A DNA stretch of 64,000 nucleotides from an uncultured Bacteroidales bacterium (GCA_944325435.1 CALVAC010000014.1:10603-74602), one strand, 5' to 3'; positions 1-9,540 are shown, numbered from the stretch's first letter. Numbers and translations: made by a program. The notes: generated from the sequence alone by a model not told the origin.

Positions 1-514
1 TCAGCTTGGTGTCTATGATGGGGGAGTCCTCATCGAGCTTGAACACAGCCATCTGCAGTCTTCCCCTGGCGAAATCCATCGAGTCGGTGGATGCCGTCCT
101 CTTGAGAAGGTCGTAGATTTCACCTGCGGCTATCTTCTCGGGATAGAACATCAGGTCTATGCCCATTTCGGTGAACAGGAACTTGTTCTCGTATGTGAGG
201 TATTCCTCGTTGTCTATACGTGCCGTGACCTTTTTGCTCCCGAGCCTCTTGGCAAGCAGGGAACTGACAATGTTGACATCCTGGGATGCGGACGGGTTCA
301 CTGCGATGAACAGGTCTGCGCTTTCGCAGCCGGCCTCCTTGAGCACTTCTATAGAGGATGGGTTGCCGGTCACCGTTATGACATCGGTGTTTGCAGCGAG
401 AGCCTCCAGCCTTGCTGGCTCGCTGTCTATCACTGTTATGTCATTGGATTCGTTGCTCAGCATCTTTGCCAGATGAGACCCGACCTCTCCTGCTCCGACA
501 ATTATTATTTTCAT
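1..514 (-). CDS. trkA: Trk system potassium uptake protein TrkA, N-terminal part (runs off window start)
   Basis: Hand translation from ATG at 514: MKIIIVGAGEVGSHLAKMLSNESNDITVID...GNPSSIEVLKEAGCESADLFIAV; RCK/NAD-binding GxGxxG motif. Not in the ORF track because it is truncated by the window edge. Confidence 0.93.
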   Translation of the reverse strand, partial: MKIIIVGAGEVGSHLAKMLSNESNDITVIDSEPARLEALAANTDVITVTGNPSSIEVLKEAGCESADLFIAVNPSASQDVNIVSSLLAKRLGSKKVTARIDNEEYLTYENKFLFTEMGIDLMFYPEKIAAGEIYDLLKRTASTDSMDFARGRLQMAVFKLDEDSPIIDTKL

Positions 515-567
515 GTCCCTGTCCTGTATTTGAAACTGTTATATTCCTGTCATCCTGACCTGCCGGT

Positions 568-1728
568 TCATATTTCAGAACGTATCATCTTGAAAATGTC
601 TTTCCTGTGCATCAGTGCTTTCGGAATGATCCAGCCGGGATAAAGCCCTGCCACGCCTGCAATCTTGCCCTTGTCGATGAGATATCTCTCGATTTCTTCT
701 CCTGGAATCTGACGGACCAGATGCCGGTAGTCCCGGTGCGCTTTCAAGACAGCGTTGAAATAGCGGAATTTGAAGGATATCAGATAAATGAATGCGGCGC
801 ATCCATCGAGCAGCATCCGTCTGAAAATGGTTTTCCGGGCCTGTCTGACTCCGATGGCTGCAGCTTCAGCCGCGACTTCTTCCGCCTCGCTCTCATCTCC
901 CTCCATCTGTGCGCCTTCAGGCTCGATATAGTTCCCGTTGTAGTATTCAAGAGCGTATGTCTTTGCAAGGTTGTTGCTTAACATAAGCAGATTGTTGCGG
1001 TAGTTCAGCTCCAGTTTCCAAGGTGAGCCTTGCGGCAGGGTGCCGCCACCTATATGGTAGACTGTGGAGTCGGGAATGATGGTGACGTGGTAGCCTTCGA
1101 GCTGTATCCTCCAGCAGAGGTCTATCTCCTCCTGATGGGCGAAGAACCGCCCGTCGAAACCTCCGAGCCTGTGGAACAGTTCCGCCCTGACCATCAGACA
1201 TGCCCCGCTTGCCCAGAGCACATCCGCAGGTTCGTCATATTGCCCGAAATCCTTTTCTGTCCAGTCAAGGACGCGTCCCCTGCAGAATGGGTAGCCGTAT
1301 CTGTCGAGATATCCTCCGGCCGCCCCGGCATATTCGAACATCTCCCTGTCCTTCCAGGAATGGAGTTTGGGGGCACATGCTCCGCAGAGGGGATGGGTGT
1401 CTATGTATTCTTCAAGGGGGGCGAGCCATCCGTCTGTGACCTCGATGTCAGAGTTGATCAGGAGATAATATTGGGCATCTATCTGTGCAAGCACCCGGTT
1501 ATAGCCTCCCGTGTATCCATAGTTGCGGTCCAATACAATTGTCTTGAGTCCGGGCCAGTTTTCCCTGAGCCACTCTGCCGACCCGTCGGTGGAGGCGTTG
1601 TCGGCGATGATGACCTGGTTACCGGCTGATGTCCCTGTCCCGCAGCTGACCGACTTCACAAGCGGCGGAAGAAACCTTTCCAGGAATTCTTTCCCGTTCC
1701 AGTTCAATATGACTATCGCTGTCTTCAT
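568..1728 (-). CDS. Glycosyltransferase family 2 (GT2, WbbL-like)
   Basis: MKTAIVILNWNG start, IADNAST, LINSD (DxD-like), ASGACLMVR, FFAHQEEIDLCWR. Start set at M22 of the track ORF. Confidence 0.9.
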   Translation of the reverse strand: MKTAIVILNWNGKEFLERFLPPLVKSVSCGTGTSAGNQVIIADNASTDGSAEWLRENWPGLKTIVLDRNYGYTGGYNRVLAQIDAQYYLLINSDIEVTDGWLAPLEEYIDTHPLCGACAPKLHSWKDREMFEYAGAAGGYLDRYGYPFCRGRVLDWTEKDFGQYDEPADVLWASGACLMVRAELFHRLGGFDGRFFAHQEEIDLCWRIQLEGYHVTIIPDSTVYHIGGGTLPQGSPWKLELNYRNNLLMLSNNLAKTYALEYYNGNYIEPEGAQMEGDESEAEEVAAEAAAIGVRQARKTIFRRMLLDGCAAFIYLISFKFRYFNAVLKAHRDYRHLVRQIPGEEIERYLIDKGKIAGVAGLYPGWIIPKALMHRKDIFKMIRSEI

Positions 1729-1842
1729 AATCCGCCACAAATATAGTGATATTTCATTCAAAATGGACCGAAATCCGTTCCGCTCTGTCACCAGCGGAAT
1801 ATATGGCCGGTATTATCTGGAAATATGGAGAGGAAACATCGC

Positions 1843-2811
1843 TTATCTTGAGCCGAGCCAGATGAATACCATTCCGATGAGAATGAATGCAAGGTCGAGG
1901 GCCTTTGCCCTGAGGTTGCGTTCCTTGAACAGCAAGGCTCCGCACAGGAACGATATTATCACCGAGCCCCTTCTGATGAGGGAGACGACAGATATCATTG
2001 AATCCGGCTGGTTGAGGGCGGTCAGATATGCGAAGTCAGCCGCAGAAATGAATATTGATATGAGAGGAATGGCCCAGCTCCAGTGGAACGGGGTCGTGGT
2101 CTTCCGTTTGGGAAGCCATATAATGAGGATGACCGCACCCATCATTATGAACTGGTATAGATTGTACCAGCCCTGGACGAACATCGGTCCGAGCTGACGC
2201 ATGATATATTTGTCATAAAGCCCGCTCATTGCCCCGGTGATGGTGGCTATGGCGATGAACCATATCCATCTGTTGTGCGAAAAGTCGACATTCTCCCTGC
2301 GGCTCGAACGGCTCAGGAGGAAGAGTGACACCATTGCCAGTACGACACCTGCCCACTGCCATGCGTTGAGTCTCTCACCGAACAGAAGCATCGCTCCTAC
2401 AAGCACGAGTATGGGACGGGTTGCGTTTATCGGGCCGACTATGGTTATGGGGAGATGTTTCAGGCCGAAATACCCGAATATCCATGAAGTCAGGACAATG
2501 CATGACTTGAGAATGACCAGGAGGTGGGCTTTCAGCAGTGGATACCTGTCCGCCAGTCCCGCTGGCTGGTCTGCCGCAACGGCTCCGGATGTCTCCGGGT
2601 GTCCGGCAAACGGGCTGCTGTCAAGGACTGTGCCTGCGAACCAGCCGGTTCCTGCAATGGAATCCAGTATGAACGGGGAGAAGATAAGTGTGGAGAAGAG
2701 AGTATTGAGAAGCAGCACCGGAAGGACTGCATTGTTCTCCAGTGCCGCTTTTTTCGATGTGTCATAGAGGCCGAGCAGGGCGGCCGATACAAATGCCAGC
2801 AGCAGCCACAT
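1843..2811 (-). CDS. EamA/DMT family membrane transporter
   Basis: About 10 hydrophobic helices in two repeats; LFGERL and LFKERN EamA repeat-end motifs. Confidence 0.88.
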   Translation of the reverse strand: MWLLLAFVSAALLGLYDTSKKAALENNAVLPVLLLNTLFSTLIFSPFILDSIAGTGWFAGTVLDSSPFAGHPETSGAVAADQPAGLADRYPLLKAHLLVILKSCIVLTSWIFGYFGLKHLPITIVGPINATRPILVLVGAMLLFGERLNAWQWAGVVLAMVSLFLLSRSSRRENVDFSHNRWIWFIAIATITGAMSGLYDKYIMRQLGPMFVQGWYNLYQFIMMGAVILIIWLPKRKTTTPFHWSWAIPLISIFISAADFAYLTALNQPDSMISVVSLIRRGSVIISFLCGALLFKERNLRAKALDLAFILIGMVFIWLGSR

Positions 2812-2814
2812 AGA

Positions 2815-3462
2815 CTACTCCCTATGTCCGCGGCAGCCATCTCCGTGGCTGCAGCAGCCTCCCTCATGGTCTTCACCGTGATGGCAATGGCCTTCGCCGT
2901 GCCCTTCACCGTGGCAGCAGCCCTCTCCGTGACCCTCTCCGTGGCCGCCGCAGCCTCCGTGACAGCCGCAGTTGCTCTGTACATATTCGCCGTGGAGACC
3001 TTCTGTCAGTTCCTTTTCCGTGGCATCCCTGACAGTGAGTATCCTGCCGGAAAAATTAAGCGTCTTGCCGGCCATAGGGGAGTTGAGGTCTATCTTCACT
3101 GAATTTTCACTGACCTCCAGTATGATGCCGGGAACTATGCCTCCTGCCTTGTTCACAAGCGGAATCCGGTTCCCTACCGTCATAAGGTCCTCCCTGATTT
3201 CACCGTTCACCTCGAAAGCGGCTTTAGGCAGGTCTATCACACGGTCCGGGTCGACTTCACCGTATGCATCCGCAGGTGCGAGTGTAAAGCTGAAACTGTC
3301 TCCAGGTTCCAGTCCCTCGATGTTCTTCTCGAATTTCTCGAGAAGTGTCCTTGTCCCGTGTATATAGTCCAGCGGCCTGTCCTCCGGACAACTGTCCACT
3401 ATCTTTCCATCCACCTCAAGCTCGTATGTGAGCCCTACTACTTTATCCTGTCCTATTTTCAT
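2815..3462 (-). CDS. slyD: FKBP-type peptidyl-prolyl isomerase SlyD with His/Cys-rich tail
   Basis: MKIGQDKVVGLTYELEVDG...PLDYIHG...APADAYGE...DLNSPMAGKTLNFSGRILTVRDAT followed by a His/Gly/Cys tail; start at ATG 3462. Confidence 0.93.
   Translation of the reverse strand: MKIGQDKVVGLTYELEVDGKIVDSCPEDRPLDYIHGTRTLLEKFEKNIEGLEPGDSFSFTLAPADAYGEVDPDRVIDLPKAAFEVNGEIREDLMTVGNRIPLVNKAGGIVPGIILEVSENSVKIDLNSPMAGKTLNFSGRILTVRDATEKELTEGLHGEYVQSNCGCHGGCGGHGEGHGEGCCHGEGHGEGHCHHGEDHEGGCCSHGDGCRGHRE
2818..2975 (-). repeat. Degenerate coding tandem repeat (HGEG units) in the SlyD tail
   Basis: Repeated (c)cct(c/t)ccgtg / cttcaccgtg units on +, encoding four HGEG and one HGED. Confidence 0.8.
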
Positions 3463-3523
3463 TACTGTCTGTTTTATTGTCAAACTTGTACAAAACCGTT
3501 TTATCCCTTTCCGGACGGGACAT

Positions 3524-4921
3524 TTATCCCGCAAAATCAACATTCCCGAATGCAAGTGCCGGTATCTGCCACCTTGACCCCTCGCAGGCATCCGATCCTG
3601 CAGCAATGACGGATTTCCACAGAGTCAGCATGTCTCCGGTTATCAGCATCTCTTTCACAGGGCACGTGATTTTCCCATCCCTGAAAGCAAAACCTTCAAC
3701 TCCGTAAGAGAAATAGCCTGTCGCACGGTTGTAGTTGCCTCCGTTGAATCCGGTCACAAGTATTCCATCTCTTGCAGATTCGAGAATGGTCTGCAAATTT
3801 ATGCCATTTTCTCCATATTCCAAATCTTTTGCAAGTCCGTCCTTGATGAAAGGGCGGACCACAGGTCTTGACGGTCCATCCACTGTCGGCCTGATTCCGA
3901 GTCTTGCCGCGTAGTATGTGTTTGCGAAATACATTTCCACCCTGCCTTGTCTGATGATGTCTGTATCTGCGGTAGCCACGCCTTCAGAGTCGAACAGCCT
4001 TGCCCCTGTCATGCCTCTGCTCAATGCCAGGTCCTTTATGGTCAGCTCATCAGGGAAGATCTTCTGCCCGAGCGAGCCCTCGAGGAACGAGTTCTTTTGC
4101 TGGATGGCAGAGCCGTTCAGCGCATTCAGCAGCGGGGCGGCAAGCCTTGAACTGCATCTGCTGTCCACCACCATCGTGAACCTGCCTCCATCATGCCTTG
4201 ACGCGCCCGTCTGTGCGATGGCTTTTTCAAGGGCGGTCGGAGAGCAGATGCCAATATCTATCCTGTTCCTGTGCGGAGAGGATGTCCACCAGTATCCGGT
4301 GTACCTGTCGCCTTTGCTGTCATATATGGTCATTTCTGACCAGAAAGAGAATGATGTCTCGGTATGTCTTCCTTCAAATCCTTGGGAATCTGCCATATAG
4401 CAGTCATCTACCGAATCAGAGTACTCGCATTCTTCAGAGATGATGCCATATCCGGCTTGGGGGCCTGCATTTCCGTATATCGATCCGGACAGGGCTGCGG
4501 CAATCCTGTCTTCTGCCGATATCCCTTCGTATGTCCTGTCATATAGTCCGAGTTCCATACCTGTGACTGCACCGAGGGCATACCTGTCAGGGGAAGGAAG
4601 GTCCCTGAATTTGTCGGGGGTGAGCATCTTCGTGCGTTCAATGGCTTTGGATATGAAGACTTCAACTTCTTTCCCGGAAAAACGGTTTGTGGAATATGTA
4701 CCGTATCTTCCATCTGCGAATAGGTTGATGCTCAATACCCTGTCCGCATTCCTGCTCACTTTGTCCACTTCTCCGTTAAGCAGCTGGATGGAGTCCTGCA
4801 CATTCTTGCTGACAGACACCCTTGCCTTGGATGCCCCTGAAGACAGGGCATATTCCAGACAGTGCCGTGCTGCCGATATCTCTTCATTTGTTATTCCTGA
4901 AAATTCCATTACGTTGTCCAT
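3524..4921 (-). CDS. pmbA: TldD/PmbA family protein (PmbA/TldE-type, non-catalytic partner)
   Basis: FDSEGV, GFNGGNYNRATGYFSYGVEGF, PVKEMLITG motifs; lacks HExxxH; adjacent to tldD. Confidence 0.88.
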   Translation of the reverse strand: MDNVMEFSGITNEEISAARHCLEYALSSGASKARVSVSKNVQDSIQLLNGEVDKVSRNADRVLSINLFADGRYGTYSTNRFSGKEVEVFISKAIERTKMLTPDKFRDLPSPDRYALGAVTGMELGLYDRTYEGISAEDRIAAALSGSIYGNAGPQAGYGIISEECEYSDSVDDCYMADSQGFEGRHTETSFSFWSEMTIYDSKGDRYTGYWWTSSPHRNRIDIGICSPTALEKAIAQTGASRHDGGRFTMVVDSRCSSRLAAPLLNALNGSAIQQKNSFLEGSLGQKIFPDELTIKDLALSRGMTGARLFDSEGVATADTDIIRQGRVEMYFANTYYAARLGIRPTVDGPSRPVVRPFIKDGLAKDLEYGENGINLQTILESARDGILVTGFNGGNYNRATGYFSYGVEGFAFRDGKITCPVKEMLITGDMLTLWKSVIAAGSDACEGSRWQIPALAFGNVDFAG

Positions 4922-4996
4922 CTGAGTGTCCTGTGAAATCCTGACTTGCCTTCAGCTACTTGCCTTCCGTCAGTCCGGTGACTGCCCAGGAGGTGA

Positions 4997-6463
4997 TCAT
5001 TCCCCTCCTACGACAAGAGAGCTTACCAATACTGTAGGTATTCCTACAGATACGGGTACATTCTGTTCTTTTCCGCATGTCCACGTCCCGTCATCAATCT
5101 TGAGGTCGTTCCCTACCGCAGTGATTCTGGACAGGGCTTCCGGCCCGTTGCCGATGACATTGATGTCCTTTACCGGTGCCGTGAGCCTGCCGTTCTCTAT
5201 AAGGTATCCGCTCTTGACATAGAACGTGAAGTCGCCTTCGCCTATCTTGACCTGTCCGTTGGAGAACTCATCGACAAAGATGCCGTGCCTTACCGAGCCG
5301 ATGATGTCTTCCGGACAGGCATCCCCTGCCTCCATATAGGTCGCGCGCATTCTCGGTATCGGATTGAATCTGAATGACTCCCTCCTGCCGTTTCCGGTAG
5401 GGGAGACCCCGTAGAAGGATGCGCTTATCCTGTCGTGCAGGTAGGATGTGAGGATTCCGTCCTCAACCATATATGTCTTCTGCCCCGGCACTCCTTCATC
5501 ATCGTGGTTGACCGCGCCCCTGTTGCCCGGGATGGTGCCATCATCAACAATGCTGATGCCCTGCCTGCAGATCCTCCGGCCTATCCTGTCCGAGAATATC
5601 GACTGCCCTTTCCGGTTGAAGTCGGCCTCGAAGGCATGTCCCATCGCTTCGTGGAGCAGTATGCCTGATGCTCCGGCTCCCATGACCACAGGCATTTCCC
5701 CGCCCTTTGGCCTGCGGGCTTCGAACCTTGCGTCGATACCTTTCACGACATCGCACGCGAGCCTTTCCGCCAGTTCAGGGGAAAGCATTTCCGCTCCGCA
5801 TCTGTGGCTCCACGATGCGGTGCTGTTCTCCGTCTTGCCGTTTCTGGAGAATACCGCAGTGACTGTGATGCTGCACATTGGCCTGCTGTCCACGACCAGT
5901 TCGCCAAGAGAGTTGAACATCATTACATAACTCTGATAGTCTGCAAAATGTACCATTACTCTGACTATACTGCCGTCTTTGCTCCTTACAGATGAGTCTA
6001 TCCTTTTGAGAAAGGGCAGGAACATTGCATGCTGCACATTGTCCCACGTCTTTCCGGTTGCATAGAGGCTGTCCCTTGCTGTCGATACGCCGTTCATGCC
6101 ACTGCAGCTCTCACGGTGCCGTCCCACTGTCCCTGCCTGTATGACAGATGCCTTGCAGCCGGAAGCTGTTCTGCAAGCTATCGAAGATGCAGCCTTTGCT
6201 GCGGCAAGCATGTCCTTGAGTTCTGTGCTTTCAGAATATGCATACCCGGTCCTGTCTCCGTCGAGAACCCTGATCCCTACGCCGAAATCCTCGTTGTACC
6301 CTCCGTCATTGACTTCTCCGTCCTTGAGCAGCAGGTCGTTGTAGACAGTGTATTCGAAATACAGGTCGCACCAGTCACCTCCCTCGGAAAGTCCTGCTGC
6401 GACAGCCTGTTCCATCCGGTTCCGTCCTGTTCTGAAAATATTGAAGAAATCCTCTTGATTCAT
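4997..6463 (-). CDS. tldD: TldD family metalloprotease
   Basis: LLHEAMGHAFEAD (HExxxH), DDEGVP, GNGRRES, PRMRATY, TCGK. Confidence 0.93.
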   Translation of the reverse strand: MNQEDFFNIFRTGRNRMEQAVAAGLSEGGDWCDLYFEYTVYNDLLLKDGEVNDGGYNEDFGVGIRVLDGDRTGYAYSESTELKDMLAAAKAASSIACRTASGCKASVIQAGTVGRHRESCSGMNGVSTARDSLYATGKTWDNVQHAMFLPFLKRIDSSVRSKDGSIVRVMVHFADYQSYVMMFNSLGELVVDSRPMCSITVTAVFSRNGKTENSTASWSHRCGAEMLSPELAERLACDVVKGIDARFEARRPKGGEMPVVMGAGASGILLHEAMGHAFEADFNRKGQSIFSDRIGRRICRQGISIVDDGTIPGNRGAVNHDDEGVPGQKTYMVEDGILTSYLHDRISASFYGVSPTGNGRRESFRFNPIPRMRATYMEAGDACPEDIIGSVRHGIFVDEFSNGQVKIGEGDFTFYVKSGYLIENGRLTAPVKDINVIGNGPEALSRITAVGNDLKIDDGTWTCGKEQNVPVSVGIPTVLVSSLVVGGE

Positions 6464-7050
6464 AATTCTTTACGGTAGCTTTTCACCAGTCTGCCGATTG
6501 TGTCGAATGTTTTCTGGTCCTTGATTATGAGCGGACGTGCTTTCCCTCCTTCAGCCACTACCTTGAACGGGACCTGCGAATTGTCTGCCAGTATCCACCG
6601 GTCGCAGATCGGGGCGTAGTCATTGAAGAAATATCCGATGCCTACCCTGTAGCGCCTGCGGACGGTGTCTTCCGGAATGTTGTGCCCTCCGGCCGCGACC
6701 CTGGCTTTTACCCTCCTGACGGCCAGGTCTGGCGAATTGAGCCAGAAATACAGCACTGTCACATAGTATCCCTCGCTCTGGGCTGCGCGTACGGTGTTCA
6801 GGAGCGACCGCGTGGCAAGCGTGGTCTCTATCCCGAAATCCTCTTTCCTCTGGAGAAGGTATCTGATTCTCATCAGCATATACCGGCTTGCCTGGATGGA
6901 TGCCCCTTCCGGGTTGAAAGGGGAGAGCCCTTTGGCGAATTCGTCGGAGTTCACGAACTGTCTGCATTCCAGCATTTCAGGAAGCAGTGTATATGATGCC
7001 GTGGTCTTGCCGGCACCGTTACACCCGGACACGATGTATAGTCTTGGCAT
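6460..7050 (-). CDS. Zeta-toxin-like P-loop kinase/ATPase (short type)
   Basis: SGCNGAGKTT Walker A, FVNSDE, ETTL, RVKARVAAGGHNIPE; 4-nt overlap with the tldD start. Confidence 0.82.
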   Translation of the reverse strand: MPRLYIVSGCNGAGKTTASYTLLPEMLECRQFVNSDEFAKGLSPFNPEGASIQASRYMLMRIRYLLQRKEDFGIETTLATRSLLNTVRAAQSEGYYVTVLYFWLNSPDLAVRRVKARVAAGGHNIPEDTVRRRYRVGIGYFFNDYAPICDRWILADNSQVPFKVVAEGGKARPLIIKDQKTFDTIGRLVKSYRKEL

Positions 7051-7062
7051 ATCTAATGTTGT

Positions 7063-7767
7063 TTAGGTCAAATGAGTCACGCCATAGCCGAACAGGGCGA
7101 AATCCCCTTTGCAGGGGTCTCCGGGGAAAATGTCCGTGAAAGCATCGGTTATCTCCCTTGCGGTCACGATATCCTTGCTCTTCCTTGCTGTCAGCCCGAG
7201 TGCGGTGGCCTGTCCGTAGACATGCACATCCAGAGGTATTATCAGGTCGGCAGGGGAACTGTCTTTCCACAGTCCTAGATCCACTTTCCCGTCATTGCGC
7301 ACCAGCCACCGTTTCATCATGTTTATCTTCTTGTCCGGGGCTTTCGGGTCCTCTTTCCTTCCGTAGATGCTGCATCTTATTTCGGAATTTCCCATACCTT
7401 CGATGCTGGACCTGCCGCTGTATACTTGCTTCAGATTGGAGCATATCCTTGCAAATTCGCTCCATTTCACCGTGCGGTGCAGGCTCGCGTCCTCGTCCCT
7501 GTATTTGCCACGCATGACATAGTCGTATGGTTTCCAGTCCATTTCTTCCAGAGCTCTTCCGCAGTCCCTGACAATCATCGCCCTCCGTCCCCACGCCAGG
7601 TGTGCAGCTATGATGGCGGCTATCTCGACATCCGCGATGCCGCATTTCCCGGAGCGGTACAGTTCTGCCATCCTTTTCGGGAATATTATCGGATCTTCCT
7701 CGAAATATTTCGGGTCGTTGTATTCCTCGGCCCACCCGATGAGCCGCTCTCTTGTCAATCCGTCCAT
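7063..7767 (-). CDS. DUF2400 / TIGR02757 family protein
   Basis: EEDPIIFP, AHLAWGRR, KINMMKRWLVR, DLGLW, IIPLDVHV, FPGDPCKGDFALFG. Confidence 0.85.
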   Translation of the reverse strand: MDGLTRERLIGWAEEYNDPKYFEEDPIIFPKRMAELYRSGKCGIADVEIAAIIAAHLAWGRRAMIVRDCGRALEEMDWKPYDYVMRGKYRDEDASLHRTVKWSEFARICSNLKQVYSGRSSIEGMGNSEIRCSIYGRKEDPKAPDKKINMMKRWLVRNDGKVDLGLWKDSSPADLIIPLDVHVYGQATALGLTARKSKDIVTAREITDAFTDIFPGDPCKGDFALFGYGVTHLT

Positions 7768-7867
7768 ATCCTGCAAAGATAATCCATATCTTTGAATAAT
7801 GGATGCAATGTCGTCCGCATCAGAGAACTGTCATTCCATGACATTTTCCGGTCGTAATTGTTCTGTT

Positions 7868-9370
7868 TCACTTCATAAACGCGCGGATGATGCGGAATTT
7901 GAGGCCGGTGAACGGCTGGTAGCGCATAGGGAGGTCGAGCCAGGTTGGCTTGTCGACTATGCTTTTGAGATGGGAGAATGTCTCGAAGCCATAACGGCCG
8001 TGGTAATGTCCCATCCCGCTTTCCCCGACTCCTCCGAACGGCATCCGTTCAGTGGCGATGTGAATGATGGTGTCGTTGATGCAGCCTCCTCCGAAACGCA
8101 GTCTGGCGAGAAGTTCCCGTTTCAGTTTCCTGTCCCGGGTGAAAATATAGGTGGCGAGGGGTCTCGGATTCCTGTCTATGTATTCCACCGCGTCATTGAT
8201 GTCGCGGTATGGGATGACCGGCAGTATCGGGCCGAATATCTCATCGGCCATAACCGCTTCCTGTCCTTCTCTTCCTGTTGTTGCGGTCCGTTGCCCTGTC
8301 GGATACCCGTCTTCTGGCGTATCGTGTCCTGGAGAAATTGAAGACAGGGAGGATGGGCTGATGATTTCCGGAGAAAGGCGGACGATGGTCGGGTCGATTT
8401 TCAGAGTCCCGGCGTCTGTCCTGCCGCCGAAACAGATGCCTTCATGTCCATTGCGTCCGTTTCCCGCCGCCTTGCAGCCATCGATAAGAGCCTTCAGCCT
8501 GTCGAAATGCTTCCTGTTGATTATGTGTCCGTAGTCATCATTGGCCAGGGCATCGAATCCGTACATCAGCAGGGTCTCTTCCTTGCACATTTCTATAAAC
8601 CTGTCCGCCACCTCGTTGTCCACAAGCACATAGTCCGGTGCGACGCAGGTCTGTCCGCAGTTGAGAAACTTCCCGAATACGATTCTCCTTGCGCTTGCAC
8701 GCAGGTCAGCCGTCCTGTCGACTATCACCGGACTCTTGCCTCCGAGTTCAAGGGTGACCGGAGTCAGGTGTTCAGCCGCTTTGTCCATTACAAGACGGCC
8801 TACAGTTTTGCTCCCTGTAAAGAATATATAGTCGAACTTCTGCTTCAGAAGGTCGGAATTCATATCCCGGCCGCCCTCCACGACTGCAGCGTGTCCCGGC
8901 TCGAACACCCGTGAGACCAGTCCTGAGATTACGCGGCTTGTGGCAGGGGAGTATGCGCTCGGTTTTATGACAGCCGTATTCCCTGCCGCTATGGCGCTGG
9001 CCAGAGGAGACAGGCATAACAGGAACGGATAGTTCCACGGGCTCATTATCAAGACATTGCCGTATGGTTCCGGGATAATGTATGATTTTGCCGGGAACTG
9101 GGCGAGAGGGGTTCTCACCCTGCGTGTCCTGCTCCATTTCCTGATGTTCTTCAGTGTGTATGAAAGTTCCGACAGTACCATACCGCTTTCACACATATAG
9201 CTTTCCACATAATTCTTCCCGAGATCCTCTTTCAGTGCGGCCTCTATCTCCGGCTCCATCGTGACTATTGCATCCCTCAAAGCCTTTAAAGTCCGTATCC
9301 TGTATTCTACCGGCAATGTCTTCCCGCTGCGGAAGAATTCCCGCTGTCTTTCAACAATATCCCTTATCAT
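7868..9370 (-). CDS. Aldehyde dehydrogenase (ALDH3-like)
   Basis: PWNYP, KPS, FTGS, LELGGKSP, GQTCVAPDY (catalytic Cys), EIFGP, PFGGVGESGMG. Confidence 0.95.
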   Translation of the reverse strand: MIRDIVERQREFFRSGKTLPVEYRIRTLKALRDAIVTMEPEIEAALKEDLGKNYVESYMCESGMVLSELSYTLKNIRKWSRTRRVRTPLAQFPAKSYIIPEPYGNVLIMSPWNYPFLLCLSPLASAIAAGNTAVIKPSAYSPATSRVISGLVSRVFEPGHAAVVEGGRDMNSDLLKQKFDYIFFTGSKTVGRLVMDKAAEHLTPVTLELGGKSPVIVDRTADLRASARRIVFGKFLNCGQTCVAPDYVLVDNEVADRFIEMCKEETLLMYGFDALANDDYGHIINRKHFDRLKALIDGCKAAGNGRNGHEGICFGGRTDAGTLKIDPTIVRLSPEIISPSSLSSISPGHDTPEDGYPTGQRTATTGREGQEAVMADEIFGPILPVIPYRDINDAVEYIDRNPRPLATYIFTRDRKLKRELLARLRFGGGCINDTIIHIATERMPFGGVGESGMGHYHGRYGFETFSHLKSIVDKPTWLDLPMRYQPFTGLKFRIIRAFMK

Positions 9371-9417
9371 ATCCTGTTGTATGGCATTTTGTCAAACTTG
9401 TGCTGATCCCGTCTGGA

Positions 9418-9442
9418 TCCTCTCCTGCGGCAGGGGAGGATT
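9418..9442. other. Stem-loop in the putative ALDH leader / end of the efflux operon
   Basis: ATCCTCTCCTG-cgg-CAGGGGAGGAT; 11-bp stem with one G-U pair on + and one mismatch on -. No long U tract. Confidence 0.45.
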
Positions 9443-9540
9443 TAAAGGAAACTTCGTTTCCGATAGAGGTCACATAAAGGCAAATATACCGAAATTTCAC
9501 TGAAAAACATATGGACATATACCGTGTCAGCATTTTGATG

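Noticed and set aside
2532-2984. Ala/Thr-rich repetitive 150-aa ORF
   Set aside because: Alternative frame of the SlyD His/Gly repeat tail and the eamA start.
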